NCBI GenBank assembly: GCA_013239625.1
Contig: MU053934.1
Span: 7,024,399 to 7,088,398, forward strand
Source of the DNA: Lama guanicoe
Taxonomy: Eukaryota
Length of the DNA stretch: 64,000 bases
Reading direction: 5' to 3'
Shown in pieces: positions 1 to 13,599 of this stretch (position 1 is its first letter; every line of letters begins with the position of its first letter). The notes under the pieces are model-generated. The model saw only the letters and a list, made by a program, of their open reading frames with translations. It was not told the origin of the DNA and did not search any database. The position numbers and the translations under genes were made by a program.

Positions 1-1117
1 AATGGCTGAAAACCCTGGAAAAGGAGAAAGGAAACCGGCATCGGCCTCACTTCCCAGGTGGAGACAAGTTGCTAGGGGGAGAAGCAGCAGGCAACCCCAT
101 GTGAACCCGGCCTCCATCACTTACCTGCTCTGGGGCCTCAGGTGGAACCCCGGAATTCCCAGTTGTGTCTTTGGTAAAGTGGAGTTTGACCCCAGGAAGC
201 CCTCAGCTAATTGGCAGTCCCTCCCTACCCCCTACACTGTTTTCACTGGTGTGGCCAAGTGGTGACAGGGTGACAGAGCCTCATGGACAAGAAAATTTAC
301 AGAAGGCTGGAATACTAACACTGCCGTCAAGGGCAGGGGCCCTGGCTCTGACTGACCTCCCTTCCCCCGCCTCCCTGAACAGCCCAGGTAAGTTAATTTC
401 CCTCCCTGAGCCTCAGTCTCCTCATCTGTAAAATGAAGTGAATGAGATGGTATGTAAAGCACTCAACACTGAGAAGGTCTGGTCTTCTTCCTGGTGGGAT
501 TATTCTGAGGATTTAATTATAATCAGTTAATTTAAATCACATGAGACAATGCCTGAAAAATGTACGGCCTAGGGCAGAGTGTCTGTAATAAATGCTGGAC
601 CTGCTGGGGCTCTGAGACACCTCCAGGCTCAGCTGTGCCAGGTGGGGGTGGGCAGGCGGCACCCGGTGGTGGCACCCAGAGCAGAAAGCAAAGTGGGCCA
701 GCTCCTCCCCTGCACCAAGAATGAACTCTAATGGACTTTGGGTGACAATGATGTGTTAGTGCCGGTTCATCAGTGGTGATAAATGCACCTCTCTGGTGGG
801 GCATGTTGATGTGGGGGAGGCTGTGCATGTGAGGGGCAAGGGTACATGGGAAATCTCCGTACCTTCCACTCAATTTTTCTGTGAACCTAAAACATCCCCC
901 AAAAATTGTCTATAAAAAGTCAATGGTGTACTCATAGATATTGATGTATAGTAATTGATTAGAACATCTCTGAAGACCTCACTCATAATGGCATTTAAGA
1001 AAAATCCTTTAGCAAGGACTGAGTGAAGAAAAAGGGCGTGATGACGTTGGATGAGAAATCAAAATGTCTATTTTTTCTGAATTACTTATTTGTTTAATAA
1101 AATCCAAACAGGATAGG

Positions 1118-1240
1118 GGGGAGGGTATAGCTCTAGTGGTAGAGCATATGCCTAGCATGCACGAGGTCCTGGGTTCAATCCCCAGTACCTCCATTAAGAT
1201 AAATAAATAAACCTAATTACTTTCCCCCACCCCCAAAAAA
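1118..1240 (+). mobile_element. tRNA-derived SINE (camelid Vic-1-like)
   Basis: GGGGAGGGTATAGCTCTAGTGG...GGTTCAATCCC (A/B boxes) and an A-rich tail. TSD AAAATCC(A/G)AACAG at 1099-1111 and 1237-1249. Confidence 0.9.
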
Positions 1241-1659
1241 TCCGAACAGCATATTTACAAATGAATCAAATGATTCATCTAAAAGAGTAACTGTGTGAAT
1301 ACAGCTAGGAAACTTCTGGAAGGAAAGAGTAACGGGGAAGGACTGACTCTGTTAGCTAGTAAAAGATGTAATACCTGTTATTATAATTATCTAAGGTAAT
1401 TGAGCACTTAATATTTTCCAGGACCTGTTCCAAAGGCTTTATAAAGACTAAACCGTTTGATCTTCATTCCAACACTTGCACTAGCAGGCATTAAGGTTTT
1501 AGAGGCTCAATACATGGACTCTTTCCCCTGCTCAAGTTCAGAGCCACTGAGAGGAGGACGGGAAGGCCAGGGACGCAGAGATCAATATATCCTCTTTACA
1601 GACAGAAGCTGGGTTAGAGGTCAGGGAGCGAATGGTGGCAACAACGGGCTTCTTAAAGT

Positions 1660-2670
1660 AGACTCCACCAAGAGAATGAAAAGACAAGTCACAGACCGGG
1701 AGAAAATATTGGAAAAGCACAGATCTGATAAAGAACCTGTATCCAAAATATACAAAAAGCTATTCTAACTCAGCAGTAAGAAAATGAATGAATGACCCAA
1801 TTTAAAACGGGCAAAAGATCTAAGCAGACACCTCACCAAAAAAGATACACAGATGGCAAATAAATGTGGGGAAAGATGGCCAGTATCGTAGGTAATTAGG
1901 CAATTGCAAAATTAAAACAACAGTGAGATGCCACTACATCCCTACTGAAATCCAAATAAAAAACTGAGGAAAAAAAAAAACCCCAAACAAAACCCCAAAT
2001 GCTGACATGGAGGTGGAACTCTCATTCATTGCTGGTGGAAATGCAAAACAGCCACCTTGGAAGAGAGTTTGACGGTTTCTCACAAAGCAAAACGTAGCCT
2101 TACCACATGATCTAGAAATCACACTCCTAGGTATTTCCCCAACTGACTTGAAAACTTATGTCCGCACAAGAACCTGCACATTGATGTTTATAGCAGTTTT
2201 ATTCATAATTGTTTTAACCTGGAAGCAACCAAGATGTCCTTCAATAGGTGAGTGGATAGTGGAATATACATTCATATAACAGAATGTCATTCAGTGCTAG
2301 AAAGAAATGAGCCATCAAGCCACAAAAAGATACGGAATAACTTTAAATGCTATTGTTTACTCAAAGAGGTAGGTCTGGAAAGGCTATATACTGTATGATT
2401 CCAACTCTATGACATTCTGGAAAAGGCAAACTATAGAGGCAGTAAAAAGATCAACACCTGGGGTTCTGGGGGAGTAGGGAGAAGGAGGAATAGGTAGAGC
2501 ACAGTAGATTTTCAGAGCAGTGAAATTATTCTGTGTGGTACCGTACAGTGGTTTTGTCCAAACCCACAGAATGTACAACACAAAGAGTGACTCTAATGTA
2601 AATTATGGACTCTGTTAATAATAGTACATCAATATTAGTTCATCAAATTAAAAAAATATAACTCTCTAAT
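1660..2670 (+). mobile_element. Old L1 (L1M-type) ORF2 end / 3'UTR
   Basis: Translated KRMKRQVTDREKI...SKIYK resembles the L1 ORF2 C-terminal region; typical 3'UTR follows. Another L1M 3' fragment lies at ~710-915. Confidence 0.8.
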
Positions 2671-2720
2671 GGTGATATAAGGGGCCAGAGATCTAAGTGT
2701 TGGGAAAAATCCCTTCCAGG

Positions 2721-3813
2721 TGAAGAGGTTCAGAACATTCCACCTCAAAATATGCTGCTTTGGAATACTGATTACTCTGAGGTGAAGGTACTTGAGAAAC
2801 AGGAGCTGCAGGGAGGGCTCTCTGCCCTCCCGCTTCTACCTAAAAGCAGGTCATAAATTTCCCAAGAGCAAGGTGCCCTCCCTGCACCAGGAAGAGAACA
2901 TTCTTATCACCAGAGACTGGGGTTCGATGCTGAAATGGATCTGTACAAACAAACAAACCTACTCAAATAACCCTTATTTTTCTATTAATTTCCCCTACAT
3001 ATTTCCTGGTCACTGTTCCACAACTTACTAACCCGGCCCCAGCCCCTTCATCCTGTCAAATCCCCACAATGTGTCATTCTTTATGTAAAAAAGTACAAGG
3101 ATAAAGAAGGTGTGGTATATATGTATATATGTGTGTGTGCGCGTGCACGCACACACACACACACACACACACAATGGAATACTACTCAGCCATAAAAAGA
3201 ATGAAATAATGCCATTTGCAGTAACATGGATGGACCTAGAGATTATCATATTACATGAAATAAGTCAAAGACAAATATATAATATCACTTATATGTGGAA
3301 TCTAAAAAATAATACAAATGAACTTATTTACAAAAGAGAAATAGACTCACAGATAGAAAACAAATTTATGGTTACTAAAGGGGAAAGAGAGGGGAGAAAC
3401 ACATTAGTAGTTTAGGATTAACAGATACACACTACTATATATAAAACAGATAAACAACAAGGTCCTCCTGTAGAGCACAGGGAACTATATTCAATATCTT
3501 GTTATAATTTATAATGGAAAGAATATGAAAAAGGATACATATATATATATATGAATCACTTTTCTGTACACCTGAAACTAACACAACATTGTAAATCAAC
3601 TGTACTTCAATTTTTAAAAAAGAGAAAAAAATGATATATAAGCTTCTGGGCCCAGTGGTTTCTTTGAGTCTTCATTTTTCTTCTGAAGACCCCCATGTTG
3701 TATACCTAAAAATATTAAATAAATGTATATGCGTTTCTCCTGTTAATCTGTTTTATGTCAGTTAATTCTCAGCCACAGAACCCAAGGGTAGCAGGAAGAT
3801 TTCCTTCCCTACA
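2721..3813 (+). mobile_element. ERV1-class solo LTR (MER34/MER39-like), interrupted by an L1 fragment
   Basis: TG...CA ends with 4 bp TSD CAGG (2717-2720, 3814-3817). TATA-like and AATAAA motifs are in the 3' part. Confidence 0.85.
3098..3630 (+). mobile_element. Lineage L1 3' fragment inserted in an LTR
   Basis: [16 protein letters not shown] motif, L1 3'UTR and an A-rich tail. Confidence 0.85.
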
Positions 3814-4539
3814 CAGGGAAACAAAGGAGGAACAGGGGATGAGAAGGGGAACCCCACAGAAAGTCTTACTCTAATAGACTCCAATGGAACGTTTTAGAGT
3901 CCAGAAACAGACCTAAGTATAAACGTGGCATTTCAAACTGGGGAGGTGGGAAGATGAATTACTCAATAAATGGGTTCTTGAGAGCCCGCCCCCAGCCTGT
4001 CACATGATCTAAAATTCCACCAGCACAGCTTCTCATTCTGGGTTAAGATATGGTCACGCTAGCTAGTATCAACCCCCCTCTCCTAGCGGTGCTAGTTTAT
4101 CCCCTCTCCTGCTCCCCCAGGGCTTGGCACATGAGTGGGTGATGTACAAGTGGGAAGTTGAAGGGTCTGATCTGAAAAGTAGGCACCACCTGGGGATTCT
4201 GGGGAGCTGGGGACCACTATCCCCGCCCTGCAACTAACATGAGCAGCAAGAGGGATTGGGGGCCAAGGCCCGGGGAGCAGCAGCAAGACTGGTGATGAAC
4301 CAGGTGAGGTGAGGTGGGCAGAAGGGTTGACCACACTTACAGAAAGGGCTATGTGTCTGCATACGTGCGCACATGCACGTGTAGGTGTGTGAGCGCGAGC
4401 GTGCGTGTCAGTGTGTGCACAAGTGAGTGCCTGTTTGCATGTGTGTGTGGGGCCTTGCGTCAAGTGTGTGCACCTGGCACGTGCTTGTGTGCCCACAGTG
4501 TGCGCATGCCACCCAGAGTGGAGAGGGGAAGGGGAGTCT

Positions 4540-5600
4540 GGGACGAGAGGCCGGGTCCGTGGAGGATTCGAATCTGCCCTCCTGCGGACTCCTCTGAGCC
4601 CCGGGTATTCATCAGGGAGGCTCACAGTCTGACTCACAGACCCTCCCAGACCACCACAACGCTAGGGAGGGCGGGGAGGCGGAGCTGCGGACCTCGGCCT
4701 GGGAGTCTCAGAGACGCCCCTGGTCGGAGATCAGACCTGCGGGGCTCGCGGCACCTTGGGGAATGTGCCTGCTGGAAGGCTCTGGCCTCCAGGGGGCGCC
4801 CTCGAGCCAAAAAGGTCCTACTGGCTCTTGCCCCACAAAGCCGCCCTGGGAGGCGGGTGTGTGAGTCCGTGGGGGGCTTATCCACCACGCCCCCCATCTC
4901 CGGGGCTCTAGACGTTACAGTTCTCTCGGCGTCTGTTCATCGGACCCCTGCGCCACGCCCGGGGGGTCCTGCGGGGATGATGCTGTACCCACGGGCTGTG
5001 GGGCTCAGGGAAATCGGAGGACCGAGCTGAAACTCTGCCCAGGGGCGGGGTGCACGACCAGGGGAGGCTTCCTGGGAAGGCCTGGGAGGATGAGGAGTTT
5101 AATGGGTGGAGGAAGTGTTCTAGGCCGAGGGCGCATCTTAAGCAAGGGCCCTAGGGCGGCGCTGGCTGTACTGGGAGCACCGAAAGCCCAGGGTGAGAGA
5201 GGCCCTCTGGGGTCCTCGTCAGGTGCCGGGGGTCCGCCTACGGAGACTTGCGCCCTGACCCTTGCGGCTGTCCTCTTGGGCGCCCGCAGACTCCCCGGGA
5301 GTCCGCGGATGTCCCCTGGAGCCTCCCGGCCCTCGGTCTGGGTCCCCAGCACAGCCTCAAGGCGGCAGCACCGAGCCTCCAGAGCTCACAACAAAAATCC
5401 TCCCTCTCGCCCTCTCCAGCTTTTCCTCTGGTTTATTCCTCCGCTGCACGCAGCACCTCTAGCCCTGTGGCCCCTAGTTCTCCGGCGGCCCACAGGCTCC
5501 GGAGACTGTGGGATGAGCTCCTGAATGGAGGCCGAGTAGGCATCTGCAGGCCGAGGCATGTGGAGGGCACATCTCCTAGGCGTCCCCATTTACGGGTTCA
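4540..5600. promoter_or_regulatory. CpG-rich island with no recognisable gene attached
   Basis: Dense CpGs relative to the flanks, GC box GGGGCGGGG at 5042-5050, and a CTCF-like motif. Confidence 0.7.
4783..4801 (+). promoter_or_regulatory. CTCF-like motif, forward
   Basis: TGGCCTCCAGGGGGCGCCC versus consensus TGGCCACCAGGGGGCGCTA. Confidence 0.7.
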
Positions 5601-6126
5601 GTGAGGTCGGGTTCAGTGAGGTCATGCAGGCCAGTGCTGAGGACAGAGCTGGGCACAAAGAATGTGCTTAACAAATGTGAGTGCTTCTTAGCCGAAGTCT
5701 CCCCTAAACCTCCCATATGTGCCAGTCAACTCCCCCTCCAACTTCCACACTCTGGAACTTTCTTCCACCCAATTCTACTTTCCTCCCTTCAAAACAGACG
5801 GCTTTCTTTTCCTAAAAATTAAAAAAGACACCCAGCCCCTCCCTTTCTGTCTTCTACCCATTAAGAACTCGTAATTTAAGTCTCCCCTTAGGGTAATTTC
5901 TGTTTTATGAGAAAGTTCTGGCTACATAGCACCTTAAACCCAAAGGGAGCAATAATGGTGGTATTTCAGGCACAGCCCTGGCCCCTCTAATCCAGCCAGC
6001 TGAGGGTGGGGCCCTGAGGGTCTACAGATCCAGCCCCCAACTCCATCCACCTAGGCAGGCACAGGTGCTGAGCCTAGTGGCGGCAGAGTGTGCCTGAGCC
6101 AACAGTTCCCAGGGCACTTCCTGCAG

Positions 6127-6189
6127 CACCTGAGCAGGTGAGGCCTGGACAGGTGAGACCTGAACAGGTGAGACCTGAACAGGTGAGGC
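6127..6189. repeat. 15 bp tandem repeat x4, (A/G)CCTGRRCAGGTGAG
   Basis: CAGGTG at 6135, 6150, 6165 and 6180. Confidence 0.9.
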
Positions 6190-6389
6190 CAGGCAGATTT
6201 GACTGGAGGATACAAGCTACTGCAGGACCTACACCATCTCAGGCCACTGGTCCCCCTGGCCAGTGGTGAAGAGGGCTACCTGTGCCCTCTGTGAAATCCT
6301 GCTGTGTTAGTGTAAAGTTATAAAGAGGGGGATATTACTGAGGGCAGAGGGGGAACCTGGGCCAGAGCTGTCTGGGCCTGGGACTGGCT

Positions 6390-6830
6390 TTGACACTGCC
6401 TTTGACCTTGAGCTTGTTACTTAACTCCCTGAGTCTCAGTTTCCTTGTCTGTAAAATGAGACTAATTATACCCATTCTGTCTCTGGCAACCTTTTTAATG
6501 CCTCTGAGTTTCAATTTTCTCATGTGTAAATGAGGTTAATAATAGCCTTTCCAGTCTACCTTACAGTTTTTTTTTTAACCTTACAGTTTTGCAATAAATT
6601 CCATCTATCCATTCATCAAACAGTAATAGCAGGAAAGTGCTTGCTATGTGTCTGGCACCATGCACATGTCTTAACTCATCTATTCCTTCTGACCACTCCG
6701 GGAGGTAGACGTCTGTATTACCATCATCCCGCAGATGAAGAAACTGAGGCCACTGACTCACTCAGTAACATACAGCTGCGTGTGATTCAGACCCAGGCAG
6801 TCTGGCCCCAGGCTGGACACATTCCACTGC
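6390..6830. mobile_element. MIR fragments (representative; many more across the window)
   Basis: MIR core CTCAGTTTCC..CTGTAAAATG and CAGATGAAGAAACTGAGGC. Confidence 0.75.
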
Positions 6831-8057
6831 ACCAGAGCCTGGTGCATGGTAGTTCATGATTTGTAGTGATTGACCCTGCAAAATTGCCCTGTGGAGAGAA
6901 GGTCTGGCCCAGCTGTTCTGATGCCCAAGTCAGGCTGGGGCCTGTGGATGTCCACATGCAACCTTGCTCATTGACACAGATGAACTTTGCAGGTTTTTGC
7001 ATTGTAATATGCGAAGGATGGGATAGCATGTAGTGTATTTTCATCCCTCTCTGATATCTGGGAATCTTACAGGTCCTCTGGGTAGTCACAGGGTAGGGTC
7101 TTTGGGGGACAGCTTGGGACTCCCTGGTGTGGTTAAAAGAGCATGAGTTTTATCCCCAGAGAGACAAGAGTTCAAATCTTGGTGACCTCTCTGAGCCTCA
7201 AGAGCCTCGTCTCTAAAATGGGAATCTTAATGACAATTTAGTAAGGTTGCTGTGTGAATTACACAAGAAAACGTGGGTGAGAAAATCTGCAATGTGGACT
7301 GGGCCTGTGGTGGCCTGAATTGATCTGCCAGTTTCCCACATGCCTACTGACACCCAGAGGAACCTCAGAGAAACCAGCCCCTGAGCCCTCAGGATTCCCG
7401 TTTGACATCACTGACCATTTTCTCTGGGAAACAATATTGTGGTGGTTGAAGCAGTACCAGAAAAAAATTAACTTTGCCTGGAAAACACTATCATCTTGGT
7501 ACCTTTTAGTCATTTCAGCTCCCCAGGTGCCCTGTTTGTTGTTTGGGTCCCTTGCTCTGCTTAATTAAGCTGTTCACGGAAACAGACTGTTTGCCGGTGA
7601 AGAACTTGCCCAAACAGACGCAGGACTGTGGCAGCACAGAGACATCGGACTGTGTTTGTTCAAATATTAGTGCAAATAAGCACCATGCCAGGCTCTGTCC
7701 TCAGCACAAAGACAGCCAAGATTTTTTAAAAAACACTCATCCTGAGATTCATTTATTATAAAAGAAATTAACCTCGTTCTTAAAGAAGTGAACTACATAG
7801 TAGTTTATGTTTGAAAGTCAGCATGTCCTGGCTCCTTTGTATTTTCTCTTAATTCTACTTAAAATCCGCACAGTTCCTTTTAGGCTTCTCATTCCTCTCG
7901 TATTTTATCACAGACAGCTCACAGAAGATACTTGGTGTTTTCAACATTCTGCCTGAAAGTCACTTTAACCAGACCTACACAGTCATTGGACACATTTTCT
8001 ATCTTCCACATCACCACAGCCTCAGTTTTGCTGAGTATGGTGCTACAAAGACTAAAA

Positions 8058-8552
8058 TGTAGGCCCAGTATTAGGTACCTTGACTTCCGGTGAAGTTGGG
8101 AGGACCTCAGACAGCCTGACAGCGAGCCCCCTGAACCTCAGCTCTGCTCCTGTGGATAAGGTCCCCTAGCTAAAGAACCTCCTAATCACATACACCAGGT
8201 ACAGTTCCCGCTTATCCCTGAGAAGCCGGTTTCAGTCCCCTGGCAGCACGTGGAATTATACAAACGAGCCTCTCACATCCGCCCATGGGAACCAGAGGCG
8301 GCTCACCCTCTTGATAGGACAAAGCCTGACTCCCACCGCCTCTGGTTGTTCACACTGTTCCCGAGTGCAGGTCAGCTGTGGGTCAGCGTGGTGTGCAGGG
8401 TCCTCTTCCCCTGGGCTGTGAGTCTATGTGACTCAGAAACTGCTGCCATCTCATCTGCCCAGTGTTGGGTGTTTTGTTTTCAGCCCTTCTCATAACCCTC
8501 AGGTGGGGGAGATCCCTCTCTCACCAAAGAGGGGGATGGGGGAGATGAAAAC
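8058..8552 (+). mobile_element. ERVL-class LTR (MER54/73/74-like)
   Basis: Motif CTGTGAGTCTATGTGACT...AAACTGCTGCCATCTCATCTGCCCAGTGTTGGGTGT; TG...ACA ends. Confidence 0.6.
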
Positions 8553-8749
8553 AAGTGTCTCCTTGGATCTACTTCAGATACATAACTGGGGTCCTAATTT
8601 CTTCAGCATCTAATAGCAATCTCCTTACTATTCCTTAAGTTTTTGCTGAGTTTCCTCGAGGCCCTCCCTACCATCTGGTTCCTGAATCAATACCACATGT
8701 TTAAAGTTTTGATTGCTACATCATCTTACTTCTACATCTCAAATTGCCT

Positions 8750-9210
8750 TCTGGTCGTCTATCACTGCATAACACACCACCCCCGAATTTAGTGGCTTAA
8801 AACACCAATCATTTCTTTACTCACAGTTCGCAGTTTCATAGGCTGGGCAGGATCATCTCTCAGCTCCAAATGGCATCAGCTGGGATAGCTGACTGCCTGG
8901 AAGACCGACTTCCCAGAAGGCCCACTCACACGGCTGGGAGCTCATTTATCCTCCCTTTGGGCCTATCCATGCAGCCGCTTGGGTTCCTCACAGTGTGGTG
9001 TTTGGGTTCCAAGAGGAATCCAAAGAGGGAGGGAGTGGAAGCTGCCCCTTCTCTTAAAAGTCAGGCCCTGAGTGGCATGCCATCACTTCTGCCAAGTCCT
9101 AGTCCCAGCCCAGATTCAAGGGGTGAGATATAAGCTCCACACCTTGATAGGAGGAGTGGCATGTGTGTACAGAGAGGAGAAGGATTGTCTGGAGCCATCG
9201 CTGGAGACTA
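8750..9210 (-). mobile_element. MaLR (MLT1-like) LTR
   Basis: Motifs CATAACACACCACCCCCGAATTTAGTGGCTTAAAAC and CCCAGATTCAAGGG. Confidence 0.65.
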
Positions 9211-12200
9211 GCTCCCCCACCTCTGATTTTACATAGGAGGGAACTGACACTCGGAGATGGAACTGGAGGTCCAGGGGTAGAGTGGCTATAGAAATAGCAT
9301 TTATCAAGCTTTTTCTATGTGTCCAGTCTTACGACAATCAAATAAGACAGGAACAAGTAGTATCCCCATTTTACTGATGAGGAAACTGAGTCACCAGCAG
9401 GTAGGTAACTTGCCCAAAACCATTTGGCTTGTAGGAAGAGGGCCCAGAGTCAAGCCTGAGCAGTCTGGCTCCAGAGTCCACTCTCTGAAACAGCAGCAAA
9501 GTCCAAAACCCATTACATATTTTCTTGAGACATAATTTGGCATTAACAATAAAGTAGAACTGTGTCCATGAGGCTAGCGAGTTCCAAATAAAACAAAATG
9601 TGACGTTCTTCATGCTTCAGCATAATGCAGTCTGGAAATTTGTGCCATAGAATGACTTGCATTTTCCCTCAGGAGCCCTCTGTGGCAGACATGGCCAGTT
9701 TCTCCCTAATACCCATTTCTCTGTCTTATATAGCAGTAGACTTTTTAGCTAGGCACATGGCTTCCCACCTAACTATTTTTCCCAGCTTCCCTTGCAACTA
9801 CGGGGAGTAAGATCTGGCCAGCGGGATAAGAACTGAAGTGATGAGAATGATCTCTGGGTCAGGTCTGCTGGCTGAGTGTAGATGCAATGGCAGGAGCTGG
9901 AGCAACTGCTTTGGACCATGAGATAAAACCTGAGTGTGGAGGGACAGACAGGGTAGCAGAAGCCTGGGGTGTTTGAGTGACTTTGGGGAGCATCTAAATC
10001 CTTGAGCCCTCACTGCCCACCTCTGGCCTCTTACTTGAGAGAGAAATAAAATTCTACCTTCTTTAAACCATTGTTAATTTCAGTGTTTGTTTCTGCATCT
10101 GAAATTGTATAGTAACTTGCAGAGAATCCAAATGGAAGGGGAAGTGCTTGTCCAGGGATGTAACAGCTAGGCCAGCATGTCTATGGTCCCTCCCAGTCCT
10201 GAAATTCTGTGTCTTTGTGATGGGAAAGGGTTGGGCTGGGCTGAGGGCTTCCGGCAATTTCTAGGCTCTGGATGCTGATCTTGTGTTCTTTTTCTTCATG
10301 TGAACTATTTTCCCTCAACCTCAGTTCCGACCTTCTGTAATCAAACTAGGGGTTGGACTGCATTAAACACCCAAATGGAAAGGAAGAAGCTGTTTGCAGA
10401 TAAATTTTCCTTGCAGTCTCTCTGGGAAGTTGGGACAATTTATGATCATTTTGCAGTGGCCAGAATCCATTTTGTGACGTGCTGCTTTTTGCTTGTTTTT
10501 CCCTCTACTAAATATCACAGAGTTATTGGGGGTTTATGAACTCTGATTAAAAAAAAAAACCCACAACACTTGTTTTTCCAGCATGGCTAGGACATGGAGT
10601 TTCCTGGTAAGGAAATATTCAGGTTTATTTGGCTTCTTTGGACATGTAGGGACTTCCCTGGGACCGGAGGCTCAGAGGCTGGGGGAGAGAAAAGCAGAAG
10701 CGAGGGGAGGAGGGGTTGCCTGGGGATGGAGCCTGGAGCCCCAGCCATCGCAAGGCTCAGGCAGAGGCAGAGATGGAGGAGAGGGTGACAGGGCAGCATT
10801 GGCTAAGGACAGAGGTCTGAGGTCAGGGAAGCCAGATAACTGGTTCCAGGGGCACAGTCCCCATACTGGCCTGTTTCTGATGGGACACTCCTGTCCGGGG
10901 GCTTGTCTGTTATGCCTTGTTAGGAGTCAGATTGGCCAAACATGGAAGAAGTGGAAATTGGCTCAAGACTGTTGTCAAAATGGCACTGACCACAAATGAA
11001 TGATCCTGACTTGGAAGGTGCTTCCAGATCTTGCATAGTTGAGTCACAATATATACCCTTCCTCAAAGGGTCAGTGTGAGGATTGCATGAATTAACATGT
11101 ATAAAGGGCTTATGAGAGCACCTGGCTGAGGCTGAGGCTGAGGGCTGGAAAATAATAGTTGACACAGCCACTGTCATCGTCAATCATCATCATGATCATC
11201 ATCATGATCATCATTTCCCCCCATTTAAATAGACAATTAGCTCACTGGAGTTGGCTGTGGTCCTTCATGTCATAAGAAAGTTTTATGCTGCTGTTAAAAC
11301 AGTGGGTTGCTAAAGGCAAATGAGGTGCTTCAATTTCCCTGAAATGTGAGGAACTTTAGGTTTGGGATCTCTGTCTTTCAAGCACACTCAACATTGACAC
11401 GTATCCACTGGATTGCTTTCGAGTTCAGCTCTAACTTTGCCATAGTGCTTTCTGACCTCACCTCACACTTATCTCCTTGGTACTATTATTTTAAAAAATT
11501 AACTGTGGTAAAATACACATAACATAAACTGTATGCTTGCAACCATTTTTAAGCATAAAGATAGATCCATTCACAATGTTTTGGCTCATTATCATTTTTA
11601 TTCTGAATATTATCTTATAGGATCTTAGACGTAAAATTATTTTTACTCTCGAAGCCTTCCCTATCATCAGTCCTTGTTGTTTCCTCCCAGTTCCCAGTAG
11701 AATGAACCCTTGCTGAATATTTCAGCTTGGAAGAAGGTGGTAACATTTTGTGACTTTAGACCAAGCTGGGGTCGGAACTGCCACTCCACCACCGTGCCCC
11801 CGTCAGGGGCCCTGCTGGGCAACGTTGGAAAGCACAGCTGAGCACACTTCATCTGCAACCTGGCAGGGATTTTTCCAGAGCAGAGGGGACCTTTATTAAG
11901 TTATTGTCTCTAAGATGCCCCGCCACCCAGAAATAGCTGGTCCAAGAGAATGGGGCATGACCTACTGAAGACTCAGAGTAGGTCTCCGTTTGGAAGGCAA
12001 CACCTGAAAAGATGGAGTTCTGACTTAGAGGATACAGTGTGTGTGCTGAATCAGAGACCAACATATCCCATAACAGAACGCACAGGATCCACGACGATAC
12101 CCAATAACCACTCACGGAATTTTTGTTTCTTGTTGCTGAAACTTGCAGGGGGAATTGTTTCCAATAGGGGACAGAAGAACTGTCAAGAATTCGAAGCTGG

Positions 12201-12319
12201 GACTGCCACCTGGCCACATTAGGCTTCTTATCCATGGAACCAAAATTAAATAAATAAATAAATAAAATATTAAATGTATTTATTTATTTAAACATAATTA
12301 CATGATTATTATTACCATA

Positions 12320-13585
12320 ATATTTGCCTAGTGTTTTTTTTTAGTATAGTCACAGAATTAGGCAACCATCATCACTAACTTTAGAACAATTTCATCATTC
12401 CCAAAAGAAATGCTGTTCCTATTAGCAATCACTCCCATTTCCCCCTACCCTCTAACCCCTGGGAACCATGAATTATTTTCTGTCTCTATGGATTTGCCTA
12501 TTCTGGACATTCCATATAAACAGAATCATACAATACGTGGCCTTTTATGTCTGGCTTCTTTCACTGAGCATTTTTTAAGGTTCACCCAGGTTGTTTCATG
12601 TGTCAGTCCTTCATTCTTTTTTATTGCTGAGTAATATTCCATTGCAAGGGTATATCCATGCATCATCAGCTGATGGATATTTGGGCTGTTAACACCTTTG
12701 CCTATATTATTAAATACTGCTATGAACATTCATGTACATGTGTTTGTGGGGATACAGGTTTTCAATTCTCTTAGGTATATACCTGGGAAGGGAATTTCTG
12801 AGTCATGTATTAACTCTATGTTTAGCTTTTTGAGGAATTGCCAAATGGATTTCCAAAGTGCCTGCACCATTTGACACTCCCCCAGAAATGTATGACATCT
12901 CTCTGACGCTTGTAATTGTCTGTCTTTTTGATTATAGATATCTTAGTAGAAGTGAAGTGATATCTCCTTGTGGCTTTGGTTCACATTTCCCTAATGATTA
13001 ATGATGTTGAGCACCTTTTTTATGTGCTTTTTGGCCATTGTATATCTTCCTTGGAGAAATGCCCAAATTCATTGCCCATTTTTAAATTGGATTGTACTTT
13101 TTGTTGTTTTTTAGTTGTTAGAATTCTTTATATAGTCCAGATTCAAGTCTCTTACCAGTTATATGATTGACAAATAATTGATTTCATTCTGTAGGTTCTC
13201 TTTTCACTTTCTTGATGGTTTGAAACACAAAAAAATTAATTTTAAAGTAGTCCAACTTAAGCTTTTTTTTTTGTCATTTATGCTTTTGGCATCATATTTA
13301 AGAAACCATTGTTTAAGGAGAGGGGTAGAGCTCAGTGGTAAAGCACATGATTAGCACGCATGAAGTCCTGTGTTCAATCCTTAGTACCTCCATTTAAAAA
13401 AAATCTTTGATACATTTTGAATGGGTTTTCATATATGGTATGAGAAGGGGGTCCAACTTCATTCTTTTGCATGTGGTTATCTAGTTTTCCAGAACCATAT
13501 GTTGAAAAAACTGTGTTTCCCCCACTGAATTGTCTTGGCACCCTTGTAAAAAAATTGACCATAAGTGTAAGGGTTTATTTCTGGG
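12320..13585 (-). mobile_element. Old L1 3' region
   Basis: Minus-strand translation EYYSAIKKNE; typical L1 3'UTR. Confidence 0.8.
13317..13403 (+). mobile_element. tRNA-derived SINE, diverged, inserted in an L1
   Basis: GGTAGAGCTCAGTGG...GTTCAATCC...TACCTCCATTTAAAA. Confidence 0.8.
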
Positions 13586-13599
13586 CCTTCAGGCAGCAG

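Noticed and set aside
1118..1192. tRNA genes (this and five similar loci)
   Set aside because: They have A-rich tails, mostly TSDs, and degenerate stems, so they are SINEs rather than tRNAs.
4092..5604. ORFs of up to 238 aa, or a CYB5R3 first exon
   Set aside because: GC-rich and dinucleotide-repeat artefacts; no MGAQLST-coding exon found.
6127..6189. CRISPR-like array
   Set aside because: Head-to-tail 15-mers without spacers in mammalian DNA; a minisatellite.
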